Positions 1 through 12,632 of a DNA stretch of 64,000 nucleotides are shown here, one piece after another. Source of the stretch: Tubulanus polymorphus (Eukaryota > Animalia > Nemertea). Under the pieces are notes generated by a model, which was given only the letters and a program-made list of their open reading frames with translations, ran no database searches and was not told where the DNA came from. The stretch covers positions 8,618,001 through 8,682,000 of the forward strand of contig NC_134031.1 of assembly GCF_964204645.1 (NCBI RefSeq). Direction: 5' to 3'. The position numbers and the translations under genes were made by a program. Positions within the stretch are counted from its first letter, which is position 1, and each line of letters starts with the position of its first letter.

Positions 1-317
1 CAATTTCTAAATCATGATGTCCATCTTCATTTTTTCCATGATAGATTATTTTAAATCCTTCTAAATCTTTTAATTCCTCTGTACTCAATGAAACCCATTT
101 ATCAGGTAAAAATACTTTAAATTCTCGCGATGTACTAACATTACAGTAACTTAAATTCGCTGATATTTCCTCTATATTTAGTTTTTATCTTTTCTAATTT
201 CAATATTTTATGTTCATTTTCTTTTGTAACATCAACTAACTTTTTTATTTCAAATTGTTTTTTTGCTGGTTTTATTCTGTTATTTATTGTTGCTAAGAAT
301 GCTTTTCTATCTCCCAT
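1..317 (-). pseudogene. Frameshifted small ORF (~105 aa visible) resembling a protein family seen in Polinton/Maverick-like endogenous DNA elements
   Basis: ATG at 317 (context TTATAAATG) reads MGDRKAFLATINNRIKPAKKQFEIKKLVDVTKENEHKILKLEKIKTKY. After one frameshift near 172 it continues EEISANLSYCNVSTSREFKVFLPDKWVSLSTEELKDLEGFKIIYHGKNEDGHHDLEI to the window edge. The KKL..TKY(G)..VFLP..IY.GK pattern is recognised from memory only. Confidence 0.35.
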
Positions 318-379
318 TTATAAGGAAAACAAATTACTTGTGGTGATGAGTGGGGATTACTTCCCCTGTATATAACAAA

Positions 380-600
380 CACGCTATTAACCGTTCTCAC
401 CCAAGCCTCACAGCATCTATTTATCTGGGCACAGTTGACACGCAATCACTGAACTACAGTAATAACACACGCGTTAATAACCGTTCTCAGTAGAGACTCA
501 CTGTATCGATCTATCCGCGCGCAGCTGTTGTTACGCGCACTCACTGTATATGTGTACCACAGAGAGCAATCGTCCGTTCTCACTAGAGCCTAGCTGTGAT
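380..600. repeat. Degenerate ~90-bp tandem repeat (about 2.5 units)
   Basis: CCGTTCTCA followed by ~AGAGCCTCAC recurs near 391, 481 and 574. ATTACTTGTGGTGATGAGTGG occurs at about 333 and 628. Confidence 0.5.
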
Positions 601-1885
601 GAGTGGTGTCTCATACTCAATTGAATTATTACTTGTGGTGATGAGTGGTGTCTCGTCCTCTCGTCCTCTGATCTGAAAGCCTACTTTTCCAATTACTGTT
701 CTTAATTATTCTTAATCGTTTTTCAATAGTATGCAGTGTTGTAACAACCGTGTGTAACGACCGCTGGTTTTTCGCCGACTAAAAGAAAAGCGTCTTCTGA
801 AATTTCATTTATTCCTACCAGACATTGATACATTTAATAAAAGAATTTGTCCAAGTCCGAATCATGGATGTTTTCTTTAACGATTTGCTCTATTTTTTTG
901 GTCTACCAAGTTATAAAAGATGCTGTATTCTGCGGAAAGTTCCATTCCTCCCCCTTCCGTGTCTTTCTTTCGTCCATTATCTGCAGGGGCAGAACTAGGG
1001 GGGTGTCGGGGTGTTTTTTGAACAAAGGTTTTGCACCTATAATTATTTTTTCAACGCACGAAATGACCGAACGCATCCCCCTTGTAGATTGAAAGAAACT
1101 TGTTAAAAATTGTTTAATGTACATATCCTTTTTGGTTTACCTTTGTCAGCATTATGAGGTTGGCATTGAGCCAATTCATGTAAAATCGCGGTACGCTTTT
1201 TTATGTGAGCATTTTTTTCATTGGTTCTCGGGTTAAACGACGTATAATCGATGCGATTGAAGACATGGCGAACCTCCGTCGATGACAGGGTCAACTCTGT
1301 TTAAATTCGACGATAAACTGTTTTTGGCGGGAAAATTCTTAGCTCTTGCGTATAAAATTGCAATGACCTCGATTGGGGGCGTCGTCTCTGCGAGCGAATG
1401 TGATTGGCTGTTTTTGGGATATACGGGGAATTCCGGCGCTACTGAAATAATTATGGGGAAGCCATTTATGGCGAACGTTTCATTGGACGAGGTGCGAATT
1501 AAATGCTCATTGCTGGTGAGAATATAATTATTTCACATATCGCCATAGGTATTGTTTCGTTTTAATACCCGGTGATTGTGTTGATTGAGATTGAAGTGAA
1601 GCGAAAGTCCACTACACAAGGCTTCCACGTGCGTGGGAGCGCTAACATTAGATTGTTGCACACACAAACACACGCCCATACAGACTACTATATGGAGATG
1701 CTGTAACGCTGCTTGGCGCGTGCACATTTGCTATGATAACAGGCTGAATAACCGTCGTAGCAGAAGATGAGCGCTGTGTTTTCTGTTTGATAGAATTTGT
1801 AATAAATTGTAATTTCCTGTGACCTGAAAATACTAAGCAGCAAACTATAGGTATAGGTCGAGGTCTGAATATTGTAGTGGTAAAT

Positions 1886-3378
1886 CTTTGGAAGAGAGTT
1901 CAAGTATCCGAATAACCATAGAAGCGATAACACTAAAAACCTCATTTTCTAATGAGTAAATACAGTTTATTAACACGAACGTTTTCGGGATCATATCCCC
2001 TTATCAGGTGAAATACAAGTGAATCAAATGGTTAAACTACAGGTTTATATACAACATAAGTTACAAAATTACAAGTGCTAAATTCTAAGCTAATTACAAA
2101 CCAAGTATTTAATTACAAGCTAATTATTTGAATACATTTAAGATAAAGGATGAGCCGTTTTGGAATAATTGTTGATTTAGAGAAGGTCGTTGCGCTTTAA
2201 TAAACTGGGCCTCCCTTATTTTACAGTCGAGATCAGATGAGCCTTTGTCTAGAATTTTGAATTTGTTATCACTGAATTCCTGATCACAAGTGTGACAAAT
2301 TGCGAGATGTTGTCCAATCGCAGAAGTCTTTGATCTGTATTCTTTAATCCTAATGGCTAAATGTCGTTTAGTTTTCTCAATATAGGAAGTGTTTATATCA
2401 CATAAACAGTTAAATTTATATATGACTTAAGCCTTCAGCGATTTAGGGGTAGCACATTTCAAAGAGAAAAAATTCTTAATTTTGGTCGTAGTGAATGCAC
2501 ATTTCAGGTTAATTTCAAAATTCCTTTTAAATAGATATTTTGATTTTCGGGCAAATAGGGTTGACGGGTTACCAATATACAGTAAGGAGATGAATAGATC
2601 AATTCTTCATCGACGGGTTTCGGTTTAGGTTCGGAGTTCTGTTTCGATTTCAAAAATCTATTGATACATTGATCGATGACATGAATAGGAAACGCATCGG
2701 ATTTAAACAGATTTTTCAAGTAATTGATTTCATCTGAAAAGATGGTCCAGTCACTGCAAATATTGTAAGCACGAAAAAGCATGGTGTTGATGAGTCCTAT
2801 TTTCCATTTGTACGGGCACATGGCGTTGAAATTCAAAAGCAGGCCAGTGTTGGAAGCTTTCCTGTACACTCGAGATATAAAATCATGACCGGTTTCTAAC
2901 GGAATTTGTATTTCGGTATCGAGAAAAGGTAATAGATTAGGAACCAGTTCGAAAGTGAATTTCAAGTTAGAATGGAGGCGATTCAATTCTTCAAAAAAAT
3001 AGTCTGTAAGTGGACTCATTAAGAAATATGCCGAAAATATCGTCAACGTATCTCAGGTATAATGTCGGTTTGTAATTAGTTTTGGAGAGGAGCAAGTTTT
3101 CAAAATGGGCAAGACAAGGGTTGGCTAAGGTTGGGCCTAAGGGGCTGCCCATGGTGACCCCATCAACTTGCTTGAAAATCCGATTATTGTACATGAACAA
3201 ACCTGAAGTTGCGATTTTCAGTAATTCTTTAAATGCAGCCTTATCATATGAAGGTTTAGAGTTGGAAGCATATACATAATCGGAGACTATCTTTCAATGG
3301 AACATTAGTGAATAGTGACTCTACATCAAAACTTATTAGGATATCAGAAGGTTTAAAAACGAATTGTTTCAGTTTGTA
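1886..3378 (-). mobile_element. 5'-truncated Penelope-like retroelement (RT plus GIY-YIG endonuclease remnants)
   Basis: ORF fragments ISFDVESLFTNVPL, KQVDGVTMGSPLGPTLAN and YLRYVDDIF, plus a C-terminal IYKFNCLC..SYIEKTKRHLAIRIKEY. Flanked by an 8-bp duplication TGGTAAAT (1878-1885 and 3379-3386) that is single-copy in other HINE A copies. Confidence 0.9.
1974..2010 (-). ncRNA. Degenerate minimal hammerhead ribozyme in the Penelope terminal repeat
   Basis: Minus strand CAC-CTGATAA-GGGGATATGATCCC-GAAA-ACGTTC-GTG. The core reads CTGATAA instead of CTGATGA, so it is probably inactive. Confidence 0.6.
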
Positions 3379-4240
3379 TGGTAAATTCCAGGATTTAAAA
3401 CGATCTAATACTACGCCCCGGTGTTTTAGCTTCCGCGGCCATACATCGGAAGAGGTTTCGTTTCCAAGACTCAATATTCAGCCAACCTCTGATATGTGAC
3501 ATCAGATGAATTTTATTTGAATATTTTTTCATATTGTGAAATTATTTAAAAAAAAATATAAAATAGTTTCCAATGCCGCGCCTACCTGTACCCTACGAAA
3601 TTTTGGACGTAGACCATAAAGAAATGTTTTTCTTTGGTCTTATTTGACTACAAAATAATTCTTTAAGAAAGATAAAATACAATATAAACTTCTAGAACTT
3701 TGAAGTCACGAATTAAAAAGATTTTTTCAAGCAATGCCCTTACTCCAAACAAGCTCTAGCTTTCAATGTAAACCACACTTTGCCCATGGGCACTTTATTT
3801 ATAATTGAGTGGTTTATTCTTTCAATTAAACTTTACCAATATTTCAATTATTTGTTATCCTCATTCACCTCTTGACCCGTGTGAACACTTCAGAGGATCT
3901 TTTATCCGGTGTACGTGGTGTTTCGTAAAAAGTGCCCCTTTTCCTCATTGGTCACCCCCCATGGAAAATCCTAGATCCGCCCCTGCTCAGCCTTTCGATA
4001 TCTTCGGAATTTCTGTTTCCCAGAGGCAGAGAAAACGTTGCCAGTGTAGACACTGAATTTACAAAAAGTACAACATGAATAAGGCTAAAAGAAATTAATG
4101 ATGACTGCAATCATGTGTTGGATTCGCATTTTAGACACCCTGCGCTTAGGCAGTACAGATGGAAAAGCCGATTGAAGATGCATGCCATGATAATTTGATG
4201 AATATTACGGTGCCGCTAGATAACCTACTTAACATTCTAA

Positions 4241-4981
4241 AGGCTGGCTTATGTCGACAAGCAACGCGACGCCTACCGACGCAACTGGGTTGATCGCCGA
4301 TTAGCGGCAACTAGCGGCCTACGAGGCCGCCAGTTATCGGTTCGACAAAAGCCGGCTTGCCTACCGACTCATCGCAAGCCGTATCCGGCTAGTTGCCCAT
4401 TTTTTACTCCGGCCTACGGTAGGCGGACAGTTGCTTTCGATCGCAACCGACATAAGCTCATCTGCGACGCGACGGAACTGAGCGCAAGGATTCCAGCCAA
4501 TAAGAGACCGTATATACATAGTACAAATTATGACCGCTAGTTAGCGTCATTCGTAATTAGTCATAAACTTTCAAATTTAAGTATTTCGAAACGTAAACCA
4601 AACCTACAGCAAGGCAGATGACTGGACCGAAGATCTAGAAGCGAAATTGGTAAAATTATGGTGTGAGCGGCTATCTTTATATGATGTCGCTAGCACATAG
4701 TATTCAAAACAGAATCAGAGAGATACAGATCTTAAAGAAATAGCTTTTCAAATAGAAACAAATTTCCCAATAATTCAAAATAAATCTAATTTATCCTCAA
4801 AATGCTTATCACGTGACCATCTGAGCCGTTGCAGTTGCCAGTAATCGTAACCGACATAAGCAGGGAAGCAACTGGGAGGACCTCGTATCCCGATAGTCGG
4901 CTGGGCTGCGATTGCGGTTGCTCTCAGTTGCGTCGGTAGGAGTCGGTAGGCGTCGCGTTGCTTGCCGACATAAGCCAGCCT
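4241..4981 (+). mobile_element. Non-autonomous PIF/Harbinger element with MADF/Myb-SANT remnant
   Basis: ~40-bp TIRs AGGCTGGCTTATGTCGRCAAGCAACGCGACGCCTACCGAC with TAA/TGA flanks. 4617-4758 translates DDWTEDLEAKLVKLWCERLSLYDVAST*YSKQNQRDTDLKEIAFQIE. Confidence 0.8.
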
Positions 4982-5200
4982 TGAGTTCTTTCCGAGTTCA
5001 GCATCTAGCATTGTGACAAACACCCTACATAGATTTGTCGGCACTCTCCCTACGATGTTGTTGGTTTTATTCACCAGCATGCAGTGCTTGTCCTATTCAT
5101 TTTGGCTGTCCTTTTCCACCTTCAACTCGCATCCCTCAGATGGCCTAATGTGGTATACAGGGTACCCTTTCATAGACCAGTTCACTCATAAGATTGACAT
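4982..5200 (-). pseudogene. Decayed HIRAN-like domain ORF
   Basis: Reads MSIL*VNWSMKGYPVYHIRPSEGCELKVEKDSQNE*DKHCMLVNKTNNIVGRVPTNLCRVFVTMLD, matching the HIRAN pattern GY..Y / N..D / VG.VP. It is cut by the Harbinger insertion. Confidence 0.6.
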
Positions 5201-5379
5201 TTTTACAACAGCCGACGTGCGGTAGTGATGTGTATTTATGAATCAATCGGCAATCGATATCCTATGTACCATAAATGTTCCACGTGACATGATTCCTGCG
5301 TCTAGCCTATCATAATTTACAAAGCCATAATTCATCACAATAACAATATACATCGTACCGAGCAGATATCAGTAGGTAT

Positions 5380-5600
5380 TGTTAAATCTCCTCTTTCGTT
5401 GGCTCAATCAAGAAAGGGGGAATTATCGTTTCCATAGAACCTCTAAATTAATCAAAAACCACACCGAGATTTACCTAACGTCTTCTTTCTTTTATTTACC
5501 ACACCAAAAGAGAACAAGAATCCCCATACAATACGGAGTCACTAAAATACGGATTTGGACTCGGTAAAAGCCGGATACCGGACTTTACCGGTCCATCACA
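5380..5600 (-). repeat. 3' LTR of the Gypsy element
   Basis: Matches 13015-13133 plus 15546-15649 with roughly 14 differences by eye. Preceded on the minus strand by PPT TGGGGGGTGG (5601-5610). Confidence 0.95.
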
Positions 5601-6154
5601 CCACCCCCCAGTAAATTTTGTCGGTTGTATACGACTACAAACTATAATAGTCTATTCACATATTTACATAGTCCATTGAGATAAAATGAGAATGGAACGC
5701 TACAGACAAGAACAACCATTGGTAGCCATCATTCCGACGAATCACAGTTGTTGAACCGCGGGTTGTATCTGCAAAAATATCCGAACCAGTATGATGGACC
5801 GCAAAACCATTCACACACGTGTTTGACAGCCAGTGGGACGTCTAGGTGGTAGTCGACAGCCAGTGTGGTATCCAGGTCAAGTCGGGTTGCTAGTGTGGCA
5901 TCTAGGTTGCATACATATGACCTGAAAGACAAGAAAAGACAGAAACGGAGAGTACTCTGTTGATTTGAGTAAACAACAACTTTCAGTTGTTATGTCGCTT
6001 CGCAGTGGTGGTGGGTGGGGGGGGGGTAGTCAACCATTGATAGGTACTACTCCCGAACCATTATTCAGGATTAACCGCGGGTTAAATAGCACAGGATGTG
6101 CCTCATGATCCACTCCGGAAGCTGACCCTTATAATGGATACCAGTAATAGGGGT

Positions 6155-6472
6155 AATGGGCTTTCAGGCCAAAGGTCGAACGGTCGAGCTCATAAAAAAT
6201 GAAAAATATGAAAATAATAACAATTTCTACTTGAATTAGTCGCGAAACTCATAAAAAATGAAAAATAATTCTCACACACTCGAATTTATTTTTCATTTTT
6301 ACTCGCTAAAAAAAAGTGTGAGTAAAGTGTGAGTGAAATAAATTCGAGCGTGTTAGAATTATTTTTCATTTTTTATGAGTTCCACTCCTAATCCAAGTAG
6401 AAATTGTTATTATTTTCATATTTTTCATTTTTTATGAGCTCGACCATTCGACCTTTAACCTGAAAGCCCATT
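6155..6472. mobile_element. Near-perfect palindromic MITE inside the Gypsy 3' non-coding region
   Basis: AATGGGCTTTCAGG...CCTGAAAGCCCATT with arms complementary over most of the 318 bp. No clear TSD. Confidence 0.8.
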
Positions 6473-7407
6473 GCAGCAGAACTACATTTTACTCGGTCTA
6501 ATTCGACAGCTTCCATTTTGCTTTCTCCAGGGTTCACTATTATGAAGAAACAACAAATAATTCATTTAATAAAATATGTGGGTTATATACTAAAAACGTC
6601 TTGAGTATATACATATGGCTATATACAGATTTGATCCACCAGTCTTCAAGTATGTGATCAGTTTCCCTAGTGGGCAAGTGCCAACTATCACAGTTGAACT
6701 ATGCGGCACCTCGACAACCATTTGAGGGTACTCGAGAAGCCAGTTGAGCTACTTTCCGCATAGGGGAAATCCCAAACCCAAGCCAACATTACTAAACAAC
6801 TTAGGGTGAGCATTGTTTGCCTACTTGACTGGTGACTGATTCATTTTCAGAGCCAGAATGGCTTTTGTTTCCGGATCCGGTCCCAAGTTTCCATCCAGAC
6901 ATCTTGGTTACTGGGAGCCACTGAGCACACAAAGTCCCTCTGCCATGTAGAAGCCTTTATTGCAGCTCGCGGTCGGAGTCGTCCCCTGGCCGGTTGTCCC
7001 TCTGTAACGACAACCAACGACGAACGATTGAATATATTTGCCAAATCTTTAATGCGCCTTACTATCAACAATAACGACGATTAACTGCAATAAAAAATAC
7101 AAAAAAAGTTCTGAATACAATTATCCTTCGTATGCCATGAATTAAAGCACATTTACACTGCAGTTAAATCCAGTAGCAATCCATAATATACATAGAAAGG
7201 CAGAAAAATACAATGTATGATTAAATCAGCACAGCTTACCGAGTTTATGGCCCGAAATATTCATTGGTTAAATATACAAATACTGCAAGACACAGCTACC
7301 AAAAATGTCCAACTTGGAGGGCCAACTCCTAGACTACAACTGCCAGGATTGAAATACTAATACTCAGTAGTGTGAAATCAGGTGACAACTGACAGGTGAC
7401 AAGAGGA

Positions 7408-10400
7408 TTAGGATAAGCTGGCCATGGAAATAACCAAGCCACGCACAAAAGGAATTATATTTACAGTATACGACATTATCACACCAAATAAAAACGATTT
7501 GCGCGGAACACCCTCATCTACCGATTCTCCGTCGGATTCACCTTGTTCTGAGCCGGTGAGAACAGCGAGAGTCGGTGGCTCAGCTCGAGCAGGTGTTTCG
7601 GCTTTAATCCTTCCATTCCGAGGGTGCGGTTCCACCGGAATCAGCTGATCCTGTTCCTCCTCCTCCGAGCTTGAAGGACTATGTCCTTGTGCAACCGGGT
7701 CATGCTTCATGATGCCGTGCCTAGTGGAGGGAGGTTTGTTCTGGGGAACCTAGGGGTTTTCACCACCATCAAACCTAACTATCGCCGGTTTCATGTCGTT
7801 GAAGTGGACAACTTTGGTCTTGGTCTTTCCTGAGTCTCCACCCGATAATTTACCTCGGTCAGGCGCTGTGTGACCACAATCGGGCCATACCACTTCCTTC
7901 GGGGAATTTCGGGGCCTCCCCAGGCTTCACATAGTGACTGCATAGCCGGTCACCAACTTGATAGCCACCACGTGATGTGAATCTGTCATAATACTGTCGC
8001 TGGCGCCGTTGGGCAACAGTCAATCTCTCCCTGACTGCATTATATGCAGATTCAAGTCGGCCCGCGACACACCGAGCGTATTCTGTTGTGGACTGATCTG
8101 GCTCCGGGCTACCCACGATCAGATCAATCGGGAGACTCATTTCACGTCCAAATGTCAAAAAGGATAGAGTCTCCTGTGTTGATGACTGGACACTCGATCG
8201 GAATGCCATTAAGCATCCCGGAAGGTGGTCATCCCAGTCTTTCCCATTCTCGTCAACTGTCACCGTCAGCATCGCTTTGATCGATTTGTTGAAATTTTCA
8301 ACTTGTCCGTTCCCTTGAGAGTGGAAAGCAGTGGTTATAGTCCGATGGATGCCGAGTAGCTGATTAATCTCCTTGAACACCCTCGACGTGAAATTGGAGC
8401 CCTTATCTGAATGGAGGCTCTCCGGGCAACCATATCTGCAGATACACTCATTGATGAGTAACCGTGCCACTGTTTTCACTTTCTGGTTTCGCATCGGCCA
8501 GGCTTCCGGCCACTTAGTGAAAGCGTCCTGTACAACCAATATATACTGGTGCCTCTTCGTGTCGTAGGGTTTATCGGCTCTATCACGTCGATATGCAGAC
8601 GCTGGTTTGCACGCCCAACAGGTGTCGAGATGAGTGAGGCCCTGGTCTTTCTAGGTGGGTTTTTGCTGGTTTGGCAGTCCTTACCGCACTGGACATATCT
8701 CCGCACCATACCTTTCAGGCCGGGGCACCAAAAACTTTCTGACGTTTTTGACTTTCTGGTCAGTTTTCTTTTCACTTAGGTGTTTCGCTGCAAAACCATT
8801 GTGTAACTCCCTCAGGGCGATCTCTTTTAACTTACTCGGAAGTACAATCCGGTTCCTGGTGTACCGAGTCCCTGTTATGGTAGTTACACACAGCACATTG
8901 TCCACAACTAACAACCGCTCATAAATAGCTAACATACTCTTACTTATACGACCGAAATGTCGCATCTCATTTGGCTGATTACTCAGCACCATTGTACGGA
9001 CGAGGTCTATTTGTGGGTCTGCTGTCTGTGCACTCTCAATTTCTCGCATGTTCAAATCAGGCTTAACAGTTCCTGTCAGTTCCTGTATTCGTCGTATCGG
9101 TTTCGGTTCAGTCGGTCCACAACTGGGGCAATCGCCATGACGTCTGACCTTTTTTGGGAAACGAGACATGGCATCTGCATTCCCATGTTGCCTTCTGGGC
9201 CGATGCTAAATATCGAACTGGTACTCTTCAAGGCGCTCGTACCAGCGCGCAATCTGACCCTCCTGCTCCTTGAAATGTCTTAACCACTTGAGGGCCGCGT
9301 GGTCCGTCCTTACCAGGAATCTTTTGCCGAGCAGATGATGTCTGAAATGATGGATCATGTCTACTAAAGCAAGCATCTCTCGACGTGTCGTGCAGTAATT
9401 TTCTTCACCTCCTTTCAGTGTTCGTCCACTATAAGCAATAACTCTATCAACCCCCTGGCTATCGTCTTGTGAAAGGACACCGCCGATAGCCCAGTTGCTG
9501 GCATCAGTGTCGAGAATGAAGGTGTCTGCCGATGTACTGAAATCAGGGAATCCGAGAATTGGTGGTTTTGCAAGTGCCATTTTCAATCGCTGAAATGTAG
9601 CCTCCTGTGCCTCTCCCCAATGAAACGGTGTTCCTTTCTTGGTGAGAATGTAGAGCGGGTGAGCAATCGATGCATAATCTTCAATGAAGCGAGAGTAATA
9701 TGCGACGAGTCCAATGAAACTCCTTAGTTCAGTTAAGTTTGAGGGGGCCGGCCAATCAACCACTCGCTGTACTTTCTCCGGATCAGTCTGGATTCCAGCC
9801 CCGCTAACTATATGACTTAGGAATTTCAGCATCCTCCGAAACAAGTGGCACTTCTTGGGTTTCCGCTTCAAGTTAGCTGCTCGGAAACAGGCAAAAACTT
9901 CGAAAAGTCGATTAAGATGACTTCCCAAGTCAGAAAACAATAACATCGTCCAGATACACTAGATAACAAGTTTTCCATGCGACGGGGTCCAAAACCAGAG
10001 CCATCAGCCGTGAAAACGACGCAGGTGCATTGGTTAGCCCGAATGGCATGACGTTCCATTCGAATAAGCCACTTTCTGTAGCGAAGGCTGTTTTCGCTTT
10101 ATCTGCCTCACTGCCTCACTGACGGGCATCTGCCAGTATCCACTTGCGATCGAGTGACGAAAACCACGTTGATCCCGCAAGAGTCTCAAGTGTCGATTCA
10201 ACCCTCAGTAATGGATGGGCGTCTTCGACCGTGGCTTCATTAAGTTTACGGTAGTTCACACAGAATCTAAGTGAGCCATCTGCTTTCTTTGCGAGGACTA
10301 TCGGGCTTGACCAAGCTCCATGTGACTCACGTATCAAACCCTGTTCTAGAAGTTGATCAGTCGTGTCCGACACAAATTTTTGTCGATGAGGTGGTATTCG

Positions 10401-11802
10401 ACGAGGGTTTTGCTTAATCGGACGAGTATCCTGGGTGTCAATTTCGTGTTCTAATAGGCTGGTGCGCCCCAGATCGAAATCACCTGTCGAGAACACATCA
10501 ATGTTGCTCCCGATTACACTGGTCAATTCCTTTTTGGTCTCCTCAGGAATCCCCATGTCCGCATTCTGCAAGTCATCTAGCACGGTCTGGACCTTTTCTT
10601 CAGGGATCGGTCCCTGTGAGACTAAACGGTCTTGGTCACTCTTTTCGCCCTCATTTATCATGGACAAGGTCAGGGATTCAATTGGACTAAGCCAGGCGAT
10701 GGGTTGGCCCCAGTGGATAAAAGGGGCCAACCCATCGCCTGGCCCCTTTTTATCCACTGTGGTGAATCGGTAAAATTTGCTAGTCGCACCGGTGTGCGAC
10801 TCTTGGATAGGGTTGCTACTACTTTGGCAGCCTTCATACCCGATGACTTTAAGTTCTCAATGGTACCTGAAGTCGAGTTATTACCCACGAATTTATGTCT
10901 CATTATACCACTAGTGACTATCTATGTTCCCGCCGGGATACACAAGGTTTTTCTGGCGATAATTCTGCAGCATCTGGCCTTACTCTCTTGATTTCGAAGT
11001 GGAATGCTAGCCGTGCCAAAAGTAAGCTCATTTAATTCAAAATCAATCTTGCAGTTGAAGGACTCACTACCAGAAATCACTACCAAGTAGACCATCTTGA
11101 GTAACATCATCTACAATAACCATGGAGATATCAAAGTCACGACCCCCTAATGTAAGCCGTACTACATGTATCTCTATCCCTCTTAGGTGAAGATCCTGTC
11201 CATTAGCTGTACTTAGGCATCCCTCGGCTTTTTGCAGCTCGCTTACCGACTTTGTTGGGTTACGCTGCCCAGACTGAGGTCTTTAGGACAGTGACTGCAG
11301 CACCCGTATCGAGAAGGATACAGACCTCATCTTGGCTTTTTATTTGGCCCGTACAATAGAGTCCTGAGTCATGAACGATTACATCGCCCACGGTGTAAAC
11401 ACCTGAGCGCCCTCCGCTGGTTGTGGAGAGAGGTGAACCCTCCCTGGCCATTGTTGGTGGTGTGGCGTCCCTTGTCTCAGTTTCAATTTTCGATCCATAG
11501 GTATGGGGGAGTGGTTCCAGTTCAGGTGATACCATTACATCAGCCATCTGGGTTAGGTTTGAGTCACCTGCAGGCACATCACCCAAAATCTGTTGCCTCA
11601 TACGTCTTTGCGGTATTCGATATTTTCTTGTCGCATCAAAGTCATTAGGCTGCCCAGGGTAGGGAAGTCTTATTGGGTTGGGGTTCTCCTGCCCCTCTGA
11701 GAGCCCCTCCTGTCGTTTCCCGATGATGATGGTTTTGTGAATTGGCAATGACGGGAATAATATCCTCGTTGACCGCAGTTGCAACACTGGACCTGGGGGC
11801 AC
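7408..11802 (-). pseudogene. pol: Gypsy pol (protease, RT, RNase H, integrase), broken by stops and frameshifts
   Basis: LLDTGA protease; WSSPIVLAKKADGSLRFCVNYRKLN RT; LDTDASNWAIGGVLSQ and TDHAAL RNase H; LHNG..C..C zinc-binding region; DAFTKW, LHSDKGSNF and NGQVENFN integrase core. Confidence 0.92.
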
Positions 11803-12632
11803 TGACTTCCAGGATGATCAGGTTCGCGACAGCGCCAGCATATGTCGTCGCTCCGTTGTGACTGTTGGTTCATTCTCAGCTCCATCATATCCATATATGT
11901 GGCTAAGGACTCAACCATTTGAAGGAGTTTAGTCATATCATTTTGGGGGACACTGACTGCTGCAATCCGGCCCTCGGTAGCTCCTTGCTGTACCACCGAA
12001 ACTTTCTTTTTGCGGCTTTCTGCCGAACTGGAGAGGGTATCCGTCAGCTTTTTCGCAGTGAGCCTACTCCTGGCATGTCGTACAGCGTCCGAAATTGAGG
12101 GCGGGTCCTCTATCATCAGCGACTCCCTGGCGGTATGCGGTAGGTTAACCCCTGCCAGGAACTGGTCCATAGCCAGTTCATCCTGCACTTCCCTTGAAGT
12201 GATAGGATATGCGCCCCGGGCCAGTTCTTGTAATTCATCTGCGTAATGTTCAAGGGACTCCCCTCCACGCTGAACCGGTGCTTTCAACAAAATTCTCTCA
12301 CAGTACGAGACTGTTTTAAAACGGTCATGCAGCCGGTTGCAAAAATCCATATGTGACATATCAACTGGGAGCTGTAAATTCGACACTGCTTGATAAGACT
12401 CATGATCGAGCCGCATTTTAAGGTTTTTCTTCCGAGACGAACCCCCATCCCTCATGGCGCTTATCCCGACCTCATCTGCATAGTCATTAAACCGCTCCAA
12501 CCAAATTCTAGAATTTTGCCCAATATTATAGGGTTTTGGTGGTGGAATGCTTGACCGGCTATCACTCAATCGACGACTCTCCTGATCTTTTAACGACTTT
12601 TGGATCTGTTTATTTAGGTTGTCTAAAAACAA
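11670..12632 (-). pseudogene. gag: Gypsy gag with two zinc knuckles
   Basis: 320-aa ORF with Q.GGESLEHYADELQELARGAYP and DQFLAG. Knuckles CWRCREPDHPGSQC and CCNCGQRGYYSRHC (second lacks the His). The start region is frameshifted. Confidence 0.88.

Larger units (their letters stand above)
1129..3800 (+). mobile_element. Helentron-type non-autonomous element (HINE family A), interrupted by a Penelope insertion
   Basis: Starts TTTTTGGTTTACCTTTG and ends (A)TGTAAACCACACTTTGCCCATGGGCAC: subterminal inverted repeats plus a 3' palindrome. Homologous copies at 37925-39664, 40800-41677 and 63280-64000. Confidence 0.7.

Noticed and set aside
1103-1945. Short ORFs recurring at 38951-39668, 40979-41281 and 63722-63904
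   Set aside because: They recur only because HINE A is repeated. Frames are not conserved between copies and there is no recognisable domain.
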